A DNA stretch of 64,000 nt from Mobula hypostoma (Eukaryota): contig NC_086104.1 in assembly GCF_963921235.1 (NCBI RefSeq), forward strand, positions 41,354,001-41,418,000, given 5' to 3'. Positions 48,722 through 61,274 of the stretch are shown here, piece after piece. Numbering within the stretch: the stretch's first letter is position 1; each line of letters opens with the position of its first letter. A program made the translations under genes and the position numbers. The notes beneath the pieces are model-generated. The model was given only the letters and a program-made list of their open reading frames with translations, was not told where the DNA came from and ran no database searches.

Positions 48722-51700
48722 TCAAGTGTTGAGCATTTTATCTACCAAGGGAGATTTCTACCATTAACCTGGTAGTAGTGAACTGTCCTTCTCAGACCAA
48801 CATCAGGCAGGCATTGGAGGAGCTGAGCACCGCGATCAGCAATCATGAAACAATGCAACCTGATTTCAACCAGGCCAGCTTGAAGAAGTATCTAAACACT
48901 TACCACCAACATATCACCTGTGGAACCAGAGCTCCCAACACACTTGATCACTGTTATACCACCATTAAGATCAGCTACCGTGCCATTCCATGCCCACACT
49001 TTAGAAAGTTTGATCATCTGGCTGTGCTTCTATTCCTGGCGTACTGGCAGAGACTAAAGAATACAGCACTGTGGTATGGACAAAGATGGTATGGTCAAGG
49101 GAGGCAGTTGAGCACTTGCAGAACTGCTTTGCGTCAGTGGACTGGACAATATTCAGGGACTCATCTTTGAATCTGAATGAATACACCACAGTTGCTAGTG
49201 ATTTCATCAAGACATGTATGGATAAGTGTGTGCTTCAAGAACATAATAAACGTACCAAACATACCCAAACCAAAAGCTGTGAATGAACTAGGAGATTTGT
49301 AGTCTGCTGAGGTCTAGATCTGTGGCGTTCAAGACCAGTGATCCAGAACTCTACAAGGCGTGGGTACAACCTAAAGCAGGCTATTTTAAGAGCTATAAAA
49401 CAATTCCGATTGAAGTTGGAGATGGAATCGAAGCAGGTCAGCTCTGGCAGGGTTTGCAGACCATAATTCCTACAAAGTGAAATCTAAAATCATGAAGGAC
49501 TGTGATGCCTTAGTCCCAGATGAGCTCAAAGCTTTTAAGGACACTTTGAAAGGGAGAATAAAACTATACCTGTGCGAACCTTTGCAGCGTCTGGTGACCC
49601 CGTGTTCTCTGTCTTGGAACAGTTTTCAAGAGGGTGAACCCTCACAAGGTGTCAGGTGTCAGGCTCTAATGATATACCTCATAGGGCACTGAAAACCTGT
49701 GCCAACCAGATGGTGGGAGTGTTCAAGGACATCTTCAATCTCACTGCTGAAGTCCGAGGTTCCCACCTGCAACAAATGGGCAACTATCATACCAGTGCCC
49801 AAGAAGAGCAGGGTAAGCTGCCTCAACAAATTTCGCTCAAGTCTACTGTGATGGAGTGCTTTGGTCATGGTGAAAATCAACTGTTGCCTAAGCCGCTGCA
49901 TTTTCCCTATGGTCACAATAGGTCTACAGCAGATGGAAACTCACTGGCTCTCCGCTCCGCTTTGGATCAAATCACCTGGACAATAGCAATACCTACTTCA
50001 GACTACTGTTTGTTGGATACAGCTCAGTGCTCAATGACATCATATCCTCAAAAACTAATCAACGAGCTCCAAAACCTGGGCATCTGTATCTACCTCTGCA
50101 ACTGGATCCATGACTTCCACATCGGGAGTCAGTGCCTATCTCCTCCTCACTGACAACCAACACTGGCGCACCTCAAGGATGCCTGCTTAGCCCACTGCTC
50201 TACTTTCTCTGCACCCTTCATTGTGTGACTGGGCACAGCTCAAACGCCAGCTATAGATTTGTCGATGACAAAACTATTGTTAGGAGAATTTCAAATGATG
50301 ATAAGGAGGTGTACAGGAATGAGATAGATCAGCTGGTTGAGTCATGTTGTAACAACTACCTTGCACTGAATATCAGTAAGACCAGGGAACTGATTGTGGA
50401 CTTCAGTAAGGGGAAGTCAATGGAACCCACACCATTCCTCATCAAGGGATATGCAGTGGAAAGGGTGAGAAGGTTCAAGTTCCTAGGCATCAATATCTCT
50501 GGGGATCTATCTTGGGTCCAACATTTTGACACAATTACAAAGAAGGCACAATAGGGACTATATTTAATCAGGAGTTTGAGGAGACTTGGTATCACACCAA
50601 AATCTCTTGCAAACTTCAGCAGATGTACCCTGGAGAGCCTTCAAACTGGTTGCATCAACCCCTGGTATGGAGGGGCCACTGCAAAGAATTGGAAAAAGCT
50701 GCATAAAGTTGTGAATTCAGACAGCTACATCATGGGCACTAGCCTCCCCAGCATCAAGGACATCTTCAAAAGCCAATGCCTCAAAATAATGGCATCCATC
50801 TTTAAGGACCCCCATCACCCAGTACATGCCCTCTTCTCATTGCTACCATCAAGGAGGAGGTACAGGAGCCTAAATACCTACTCAGTGCGATAGGAACAGG
50901 TTCTTTCCCTCTGCCATTTTGAATGGACAATGACCCCATGTACACTACCTCAATATTATTTTTACTCTTTTTGCCCTACTTATTTAATTTAAAAAATTCC
51001 TATTGAAATCTAGAGTTTTTATTATGCTTTGCACTGTACAGCTGCTGCAAAACAACAAATTTCATGACATATGCCAGTGATATCATACCTGATGTGGATT
51101 CTGATCATAATCAATATTTTGAAACTTGTTTTACACATATATAAGTAAGTGTTCTCAAATCATTGTGGACTGGGATCTTTTTTATTTGGTGCTGTTCATA
51201 CCATTCTGCATGTGAAAGCTTCTGTGAGAACATTGGCCAGACTAGCAGAAAGATTCGAGGAGATACTGAACTTGAGGGAGTAAATTAGGTGGACTTAAGG
51301 AATGGAAAGGTAAGAGGAGACTGTTTCAGGGTGGTGCTTTGGAAGTGAGGGAAACATTAACTTTGGTGGAATATGATGGAAAACTACTGGAAGCTGAGTA
51401 TAAAAGTACAGCTACAAGATTATTCTGTGTGAGAAGTTGGAATGGCCCAAAAATTGAAAATAACAAGTGGATTCTAGCCTCATGTTCATTACTCGTATTT
51501 TACAGCAGAGTGAGTTGATGGCAGTTTTCCATTTCTCTGGGCATTGAGAAATAAAGTTAAATAAAAATTACAAAAGTTTTCTGAAAATACTTCAAAATAT
51601 GATAAATAATAGTATTGCACTCAACACAGTGAAAACATTTTGGAGATGCCTCCAGTACCAGTGGTATTATTGGAATCTTACAGTTTCAAGCTGGAGACTT

Positions 51701-52975
51701 GGGCAAATTTTATATTTGGAAAATAACTCAAAGCAAATTGAATTCTTGCAACCTTTGACATTGATTCCTGAAATTATAAATTATGTTAATGATTTCCCTC
51801 TTTTTTGGATACATTTTCCAATTTTGCCCTGATTGCATTGACAGAACTGATGGAATCCTGGGTCTTGTGCATTGAACTATAGTGGCCACGAGGAATTGTG
51901 CAATTATTCATATAGGTTTCTTCAACTCACTTACCTTTCCTATCCTTTATAAAATAGGAAATTATCTAGGGGGGAAAAAGGGATAATCCACAAAGCATTG
52001 CATTTCAGAGCCGTTGTGTTATATTCAGGATTATAAAATGTGGATTGCAAATTCATTATTTGTTTCGGAATATTTAAATGTCTACTGTCATACCTGTAAA
52101 ATAGTACTAAATATATTGCTATCTAAATGGCAATGAAATATTGACAAGAAAAATGGAGCTACTATAAAGTTTAATAGTTGAAAGTGTAGTGCTTCTGGAA
52201 TTAGCAATCAGAGAACATTCTTGGGAATGAATATACTCGTTGAATCATCTCCAGAAGGGTCAATATGTGCGGTTCTTGGAAAGGTGACAATGGCATAATG
52301 TGCTCTTGGTGGCTGAATGAATGTGAGCAATATGGCCATGTCAGGGAGGCTGCCTGGATGTCTTTATTAACTGGTAACTTTTGATTACTTTATTCTTTTT
52401 TTTTGTTTGGGCTTTGAATATTGTAACGGATCAGCATTTTTTGGAGAATCAGCACTTCATGGGCACTACCAGGGGCCAATGCACAGGAGCCCAGAAACAG
52501 AAAGTGTTCATTGCTGCCTGAACAAGTTGCACTGTGGTTCAGACTGAGTTAGCATTTTCTATTAGCAATTGTTGCCAGTGGTCATCCCTTGCCTTTTATT
52601 TCCTGACGTGTGCGGATTTCCTGCTCAGCTGCCTGAGCATACTGGAAACCCTCAGCAATGCAGGGCTTCTAATGATGCACTGGATAAATCCAGCCTTGGA
52701 AGTTTTTGATGGTTTACAAAGCCCAGACCCCGCTTTGCCAGCTGCCGAAACAAACAGACAGACCATTATAGATTTTTGAAAAATGAATTAGAAATGATGA
52801 TCTAAATTTATTTTACTGTGAAAGTATTGGAGACTTAGAGAACTGGTGAATAAAGCAGCAATAGACTTCAAGAATGTAGAGCCAAGCTGATTGAAGTGAC
52901 AATATAATTCAAACTTAATGCAGAAAATTTTCATAAACACCAGAAAATCTGTAAGTGCTGGAAATCCAAGCAACA

Positions 52976-53770
52976 TACTTTATACTTTATACTATACTTT
53001 ATTGTCGCCAAACAATTGATACTAGAATGTACAATCATCACAGCAATATTTGATTCCGCGCTTTGCGCTCCCTGGAGTACAAATCGATAGTAAATATTAA
53101 AAATTTGAATTATAAATCATAAATAGAAAATAGAAAAGGGAAAGTAAGGTATTTAAAAAAACCGAGAGGCAGGTCCGGATATTTGGAGTGTACGGCCCAA
53201 ATCCGGGTCAGGATCCGTTCAGCAGTCTTATCACAGTTGGAAAGAAGCTGTTCCCAAATCTGGCCGTATGAGTCTTCAAGCTCCTGAGCCTTCTCCTGGA
53301 GGGAAGAGGGACGAAAAGTGTGTTGGCTGGGTGGGTCGTGTCCTTGATTATCCAGGCAGCACTGCTCCGACAGTGTGCGGTATAAAGTGAGTCCAAGGAT
53401 GGAAGATTGGTTTGTGTGATGTGCTGGGTTGTGTTCACAAACTTCTGCAGCTTCTTCCGGTCTTGGACAGGACAACTTCCATACCAGGTTGTGATGCACC
53501 CTAGAAGAATGCTTTCTATGGTGCATCTATAAAAGTTAGTGAGGGTTTTAGGGGACAGGCCAAATTTCTTTAGCTTTCTTCTTAGGAAGCTAGCTTAGGA
53601 AGTAAAGGCACTGGTGGGCCTTCTTGGTAGTGGACTCTGCTTGGTTGGACCAAGTCAGGTCATTTGTTATATTGACCCTGAGGAACTTAAAGTTTTTGAC
53701 CTGTTCCATTTGCGCACCACGGATGTAAATTGGGTCGTGCGGTCCGCTACTCCTTCTGAAGTCAACAACC
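52976..53770 (-). mobile_element. 5'-truncated Rex1/Babar LINE with (AAGTATA)n-like tail
   Basis: ELVVDFRR, FKFL.V.I..DLTWS, HP...LF.PLPS.RR.RSL...ARFGNSFFPT.IRLLN. Confidence 0.88.
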
Positions 53771-54477
53771 AATTCCCTCAACCACCAATGTCAGCCCTCA
53801 CAGCATTAATTTTGGGTGGCTGGGACTCTTTCCCCAGAAGTTCTTAGACCATATGTGTGAATTTCTCAGCAAAGTTATCTGAAAAAATATCACATATGTG
53901 TGAAGTTACCAATTGTAAATGTAAGAGAGCAATTAGGCTTGCTAGAAATGGTCAAGGAATGATGAGAAGAATGACCAAAAGGCGGGGTAACTGGAATCAA
54001 CTCCCCTGCCTTTGATTTCCGTGATAGATGATTCATTGTTATGTCATTTTAGCTTATAGGAAACCCTTTGTGTTTTAGAAATTGTTTGAAATTTGGAAAT
54101 CTTTTATAGGATAGAAATCCTCTGAGTTTTAAATGTGTTTTAACAATTTTATGTAAATTTAAACATGTATCACTAAAATGAATAGTGTTAGGTGGGAGTA
54201 TCTCCTCCTCAGTAGGGAGTGGTGCCCCGTGCTCAAATGGTGGGTATTGGCAGCTAAACTCACTGTGGAAGATAAGCATGGAAGTTACCTAGCCTTTGAA
54301 GAGCAGGCGGCTACAGCATAACCTCTCTTTAGTGAGGGCACCCATAGCTGGCCATATCGGATTGGGTATTAAGATCTTTGTTTGAGTTCAACACTTCGCG
54401 GACAGCAAACCCAATACCATCATAAGAGATAACTGATTCCAGCTATGGGGGACCTGGATTGTGTAGTCAGACTGCAA

Positions 54478-55333
54478 TTGTGTACAGGAGTGAGATATGC
54501 CAACTAGTGGAGTGGTGCCGTAGCAACAACCTGGCACTCAACGTCAGTAAGACCAAAGAGCTGATTGTGGACTTCAGGAAGGGTAAGATGAAGGAACACA
54601 TACCAATCCTCATAGAGGGAACAGAAAGTGGAGCGAGTGAGCAGCTTCAAGTTCCTGGGTGTCAAGATCTCTGAGGATCTAACCTGGTCCCAACAGATCG
54701 ATGTCATTATAAAGAAGTCAAGACAGCGGCTATACTTTATTAGGAGATTGAAGAGATTTGGCAAGTCAACAAATACACTCAAAAACTTCTATAGTTGTAT
54801 CGTGGAGAGCATTCTGACAGGCTGCATCACTGTCTGGTATGGAGGGGCTGCTGCACAGGACCAAAAGAAGCTGCAGAGGGTTGAAAATCTAGTCAGCTTC
54901 ATTTTGGGTACTAGCCTACAAAGTACCCAGGACGCCTTCAAGGAGCGGCGTCTCAGAAAGGCAGCGTCCGTTATTAAGGACCTCCAGCACCCAGGGCATG
55001 CCCTTTTCTCACTGTTACCATCAGGTAGGAGGTACAGAAGCCTGAAGGCACACACTCAGCGATTCAGGAAAAGCTTCTTCCCCTCTGCCATCCGATTCCT
55101 AAATGGACATTGAATCTTTGGACACAACCTCACTTTTTTTTTAATATACAGTATTTCTGTTTTTGCTCTATTCAATACATGTAATTGATTTACTTGTTTA
55201 TTATTAGTATTTTGATTTTATTTATTACTATTATTTTTTCTCTGCTAGATTAAGTATTGCATTGAACTAGTGCTGCTAAGTTAACAAATTTCACGTCACA
55301 TGCCGGTGATAATAAATCTGATTCTGATTCTGA
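54478..55333 (+). mobile_element. 5'-truncated, relatively young Rex1/Babar LINE
   Basis: WCRSNNLALNVSKTKELIVDFRK and a 161-aa C-terminal ORF; tail aataaatctgattctgattctga. Confidence 0.9.
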
Positions 55334-55477
55334 ATTGTAAGGGTTGCTTTTGGAATAGGTGACATTGGAAGACAATTTAAAATTACATACTTTATGTTCT
55401 ACACAAAATAGACTGAGAAAAACTGTTTGCATTGGTGAAAGGGTCAAGAATTAGAGCACATAAAATAACATGGCTAA

Positions 55478-55782
55478 AATCTACAATGTGCTGAAATGGC
55501 TAACACGAGAGGGCACAGTTTTAAGGTGCTTGGAAGCAGGTACAGAGAAGATGTCAGGGGTAAGTTTTTTACGCAGAGAATGGTGAGTGCGTGGAATGGG
55601 CTGCCGGCAACAATGGTAGAGGCAGAAACGATAGGGTCTTTTAAGAGACTCCTGGATGGGTACATGGAGCTTAGAAAAATAGGGCTATGGGTAACCCTAG
55701 GTAACTTCTAAAGTAAGTACATGTTTGGCACAGCATTGTGGGCTAAAGGGCCTGTATTGTGCTGTAGGTTTTCTATGTTTCT
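55478..55782 (+). mobile_element. CR1 3' fragment
   Basis: TRGHSFKV...RGKFFTQR.V.AWNGLP followed by 3' UTR ending ttctatgtttcta. Confidence 0.85.
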
Positions 55783-56779
55783 AAGTACACAAAAGAGAAA
55801 CAAATTAGAGGAGATACTGGGAAAGAATGGGTCTTGATTGCTGTTTCATCAAGCTGGCACATATTCGATGGGACTAGTGGCATCTTGTGATGTGCCTCCT
55901 GCAATTCTGTGAAATAATCAACAAAATATTCAGAAAGTTCCTTTAAATCATTGGAAACAGTAAACAAACTGCAATTAATTAAATTGAATGATCTTCCTTT
56001 ATACTCTGCAGCCACATTACCTCAATGATATCAGTTAGGTCATGGATTCTGAACCAATTCCAGGATGGCACATGATGGGAGAGTAACCTATGTTACTTTT
56101 ACACTGGTAAACACTGGGAATTGCAGCAAGAATGAGCTCTGCAGCTGTAGTCCTTGGGGAGGTCAAGTATTTAGAACGTTGCAATTTGGTAGCAAAATCT
56201 TGGCCATTGGCATTATTTGTTAGGTAAAAATAATTCGCTTTTTGCTTACTTCAGACTTAAATTTAAATACATTCTTGTTCTAACCTGAATAAGTACATAC
56301 ACTTGTCGCCTTGTGCTAACCTCACTGAGATAGCCAACTTCATTTGCGGCCCTAATCTTCAACTGGATACGTTTCCAAGAGTATCATGTTGATCATTTGG
56401 AGATGGAGAAAGACTTTCATTTTTATACTTTTCATAACCTAAGAATATCTTCAAAATGCATTTCAGAAAATTAAATAAATGTTCTTGAACTGTAGTCCTT
56501 GGAAGTAGTTCCTTAAATATCTAGATAGGAATGCAATGACTTCAAAAGGCTTTGGTTGCAGTTCTAATTGCATACTGAATAGTGATGATATTTTTGCATC
56601 TGGGGGAGATTTCAGGATAGGAAGAGTTTGTTGAAGTTTGGGCTGAAGAGCAGTGCAACTCTGACTTCTAAAAGTTCAGTAACCACTGCAACTAATACAA
56701 TATAAAGCACTAAAAGTTTTACAAGCAATTACAAAAATATGTAAAATACCAGAAAATGCAATGTCACTCTGCTGTTAGT

Positions 56780-57130
56780 CTTAACTTCATTTCATCAGCA
56801 AACTTGTTGACCAGGTGTGCATTTGCATCCACGTCATTGATATAAATAATGAATAACAAGGATCGGAACACTGACCCCTGCAGACACCTCTAGTCACTGG
56901 CCTCCATTCTGAGAAACAACCTTCAACTACTGCCCTCTGTTTCCTACCTCTGACTAACTAACTCTCCCTGGATTCCATGGGACCTAACTTTCCAGACCAG
57001 CCTACCAGGCAGCACCGAGACAAAGGCCTTGCCAAAGTCCAAATAAGCAACATCTACTGCCCTACCTCATCTATGTTTTTAATTACATCTTCAAAAAAAT
57101 GCGCTGAAGGATTTGTCAAATATGACTTTT
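56780..57130 (-). mobile_element. CR1 RT fragment
   Basis: Minus strand DFGKAF, QGSV.G and KFADE-like remnants. Confidence 0.7.
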
Positions 57131-57329
57131 GGTCATGCTGACAGCTCCGAATCAGTCTGTCTGTCCATGGGCTGCCAGATCCTGTTTTTCAGAATTCCCT
57201 CCAGTAAAGAAGGCGTCGGCGTACATCAGCGATTCTCTGTGGGCTGCAGAAAATTGTCTTAAGTATATTTCTTTTGAACTAATTTCGCTGAAATCTGCAG
57301 CATGTAAATTTCCTCTTAATTATTACGAA

Positions 57330-59392
57330 AAAATTACATCAATGATCTTCAGATCTCATGATTGATGATCGAATGCGGAGCAGAAGTAATGAGCTCCAGA
57401 GGAGTGAGAGCGGTGCCTTTAAGGGTCAACTGCGGCAGGAGAGGCAGAATTCAAACCAGGTTGAAGCACAGAGGGATGAGGCCTCCTTTACCCAGCATCT
57501 TGTTGGCGACTGTGCAATCGCTGGAAAATAAGATTGACGGCAAGGCTGCTGTATCAGAGTCAGATCTCAATTGTTTATTGCATTGAAACTTGATTAGTGG
57601 TGAATATGCCGGATGTAGCTATCCAGCTGGAAGGTTTTACTATTTTCAGGATGGATTGAACTGTGAATCTAGTGAGGAAAAGGTGGCGGCATGTGCTTTT
57701 TACTCAATTCTCGTTGGTGTATGAACATTGGGGTTATGTCGACCTCTTGTTTCCCTGACTTAGAACACCTAATGATTAAATGTAGACCATTCTATTTGCC
57801 CTGGGACTTCTCACCCATGATCCTGACCACAGTTTACATACCACCGGCAGATGATTATAAGCAAGCACTTGTGAAACTACATGTTGTCATCTGCAGGCAA
57901 GGAGTAGCCCATCCCGATGCATTTTAAATTATAGTCAGTGACTACAACCAGGCACGTTTGAAGAAAACCCTGCCCAATTATCATCAACATGCAAATCTAG
58001 TCCTACACTCTGGACTATTGCTACACCATGACAAGGAATGCCTGTTGTTCCTTCCTGAGACTGCATTTTGGCAAACCAGATCCTTTGGCTGTACTCCTGC
58101 TACCTACGTACAGGCAGAGCCTAAAGGTCAAAGCTTCAGAGATCAACACAACTAAGAGGTGGTCGCAGGAGGCAGAAGGAGACTTACAGGATTGCCTTGA
58201 GTCAGTGGACTAGGCTGTCTTCAAGAATTCATCTGAGGATCTGAATGAATTCACCGGGATTGTAACAGACATTATTAAAACAGCTATAGATGAGTGTGTT
58301 CCCATGAAATTGTTGAGGCTTTACCACAATCAGAAACTCTGCAGGAAGCATGATATTCGAAATTTGCTGAGAGCCAGATCAGAGGCATTCAAGTCTGGAG
58401 ATCAAGAATGCTGTAAGAGGTGCAGGTGTAATTTCCAGAAAGCCATCTCTTGGGCAAAGTGGAGATTCCGGACTAGACTGAAATCAATGAGGGATGCTTG
58501 GCAGCTGTGGCAGGGTTTGAATGCCAGAACCTCCTACAAAGTTAAATCTTGCGACATAGGGGACAGCAGAGCGTTGCTTCCAGATGAACTCAATGCTCTC
58601 TATGCTGGTTTCGACAACCAGGTCAGGGAGGAACCATTGCCCACCCCCCGGTATCCTGATGATCCTTTGGTCTCAGTATCTGAAGATGATCCTTTGGCCT
58701 CAGTATCTGAAGATGACGTGCGGGCTGCCTTCAAGGAAGTGAATCCAAGAAAGCATCTAGTCCAGGTGGAGTACCTGGCCAAGTACTGAAGACCTGTGCT
58801 GACCAACTGGCTGGTGTTTTCACAGATATCTTCAGCCTCTCGCTCCGGAAGTGTGTGGTACCCATCCACTTCAAGCAGGCTTCAACCTTACCGGTGCTAA
58901 GGAAGAGCATAGGGTCCTGTGTCATCAACGATCGCCCAGTGGCATTTACATCCACGGTGATAAAGTGTTTTGAGAGGCTGGTGTTGAAGCATGTCAGCTC
59001 CTGTCTGAGTGGTGACTTGGATCCGCTCCAATTTGTTGACGGAAGCAATAGGGTTACAACAGATGCCATCTCATTAGCTCCTCACTCAACCCTGGAACAT
59101 CTGGACAACAAATGTGCATACATTAGAATGCTCTTTATCGATTACAGCTCAGCATTTAATATCATCATCAACCGTGGTCTCACCTTAAGGACTCTTTATC
59201 TTGTTATTTCATGCTCTTGTTAGTTATTGCTATTTATTTATATTTGCCTTTGCTCAGTTTGTTGTTCATTGATCCTGTTTACAGGTATTGTTCTATAGAT
59301 TTGCTAAATATCTCCACAGGACAAAGAATCTCCGGGTTGTATGTTGTGACATGTATGTACTCTGATAATAAATTTTTTCTTTGAACTTTGAG
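57330..59392 (+). mobile_element. Rex1/Babar LINE with 5' region and APE; RT C-half deleted at ~59170
   Basis: RPPLPSILLA.VQSLENK, KCRPFYLP, VYIPP, KCFERLVLKH, IRMLFIDYSSAFN, then a jump to the 3' UTR. In-frame 27-bp tandem duplication at 58658-58711. Confidence 0.85.
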
Positions 59393-59932
59393 CTTCCCAA
59401 CACTGATGTCAGGTTGACTGGCCTGAAGTTTCCTGGCTTGTCCTTGTTACCTTTCTTAAACAAAAGAACAAGATTAATTGCCTTCCACTCTTCAGGAACT
59501 TCACCAGTAGCTAAAAATATATTAAATATCTTTGCAAGAGCCTCTGAAATTTCTTCTCTAACTTCCCGCAAAATCGAAGGATGCACTCAGTCTGCCCTTG
59601 GGGATTTCTCTGTCGTAACACATGTTAAGGCTGCCTATGCTCCCTCCCTGGTATAATGAATGGACTCTAAAACTTCTCCACTTGTTTCCCTTATCTCTTC
59701 AGCAAACATGATTTTCTCCTCCGTTTGCACAGCGGAGATGTATATTTTTTAAATACCCCGCCCATCTCCTGTGGCCCAAGACAGAGACGATCCCTGGTGA
59801 TCTTTAAAGGAACCTACTCTCTCACCAGCCACCCTTTTACTCTCAATATAGCTATAGAATCTCTTGGGATTTTCCTTAACCTTACCTGCTAGATCTATCT
59901 TGTACCTTTTCTTTCACCTCTCTATTTATTTC

Positions 59933-61274
59933 AAAAGATGTAAGCATTCTGCAGGTTGCTCGGGATTGAAAAATGGTTGTGGACTTGGAAAAAAACCTTG
60001 TGTTTCCCCCAGACATTGCGGCTACAACACTCCGGCCAGACATGGTCCTGTGGACCACAACAGCCAAGCTAGCATATGTTGTGGAATTGACAGTACCATG
60101 GGAAGATGGTATCGAAGAAGCTTATGAGTGGAAAAAGACCAAGTACTCTGAACTGGCAACTGAAACTGCCCAGAATGGCTGGAAGACCAAGATTTTCCCT
60201 GTAGAAGTGGGCTGCAGGGGATTCGTTGCTACATCTATGACCAGTCTATTGAAGAAGGTAGGGGTGAGCATAGAACATAGAATAGTACAGCACAGTACAG
60301 GCCCTTCGGCCCACAATGTTGTGCCGACCCTCAAACCCTGCCTCCCTTATAAGCCCCCACCTTAAATTCCTCCAGATACCTGTCTAGTAGTCTCTTAAAC
60401 TTCACTAGTGTATCTGCCTCCACCACTGACTCAGGCAGTGCATTCCACGCACCATCCACTCTCTGAGTAAAAAACCTTCCTCTAATATCCCCCTTGAACT
60501 TCCCACCCCTTACCTTAAAGCCATGTCCTCTTGTATTGAGCAGTGGTGCCCTGGGGAAGAGGCGCTGGCTATCCACTCTATCTATTCCTCTTATTATCTT
60601 GTACACCTCTATCATGTCTCCTCTCATTCTCCTTCTCTCCAAAGAGTAAAGCCCTAGCTCCCTTAATCTCTGATCATAATCCATACTTTCTAAACCAGGC
60701 AGCAACCTGGTAAATCTCCTCTGTACCCTTTCCAATGCTTCCACATCCTTCCTATAGTGAGGTGACCAGAACTGGACACTACTCCAAGTGTGGCCTAACC
60801 AGAGTTTTATAGAGCTGCATCATTACATCGCAACTCTTAAACTCTATTCCTCGACTTATGAAAGCTAACACCCCATAAGCTTTCTTAACTACCCTATCCA
60901 CCTGTGAGGCAACTTTCAGGGATCTGTGGACATGTACCCCTCCAACAAGCAATCAAGTCCTTGTCAAATGCAGCAGAAGAAAGCAGCAATTGGATTTGAA
61001 TTAAAAGGAAAGACAACAACTGGGCTGCAAGATGAAGACAGGAAGGAGAGTATGGAACTGAGGGGGGTGTATCTGGGACGCCAGGTAGCACTGTTGAGCC
61101 CTCTGGAGACGTCGTGGGCTTATCAACGAAATGTTAAAGAAGGAGGGTGCCCACCTGATGACCCCGATGATATACCTACTCTCCCTCCTTGTCACCACTC
61201 CAAACCCACTGCCAACATCGAGAGTGCCAATTTACCATAGGGATTGAAACATCAAGTCCTAGTAGCTCTACTGA
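59933..61274 (+). mobile_element. 5'-truncated RLE-encoding non-LTR retrotransposon (HERO-like), split by a CR1
   Basis: TTLRPDMVLW...ELTVPWED...A.E.KK.KY..L...GWK...PVEVGCRGF is a PD-(D/E)xK restriction-like endonuclease. The frame resumes after the CR1 as LQQAIKSLSNAAEESSNWI*IKRKDNNWAAR*, followed by a ~240-nt 3' UTR. Confidence 0.85.
60269..60940 (-). mobile_element. Young CR1 3' fragment nested in the HERO-like element
   Basis: Open 137-aa C-terminal ORF ([15 protein letters not shown]...AWNALP) and a (TTCTATG)n tail. Confidence 0.92.

Larger units (their letters stand above)
47800..51105 (+). mobile_element. Near full-length degraded Rex1/Babar LINE (APE + RT)
   Basis: APE remnants (TLDHCY, FDHLAV), RT (NRSTAD, CNWI.DF, TGAPQGCLLSPLL, FVDD) and C-terminal HP.HALFSLLPS.RRYRSL. 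Contains a Penelope insertion. Confidence 0.88.
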
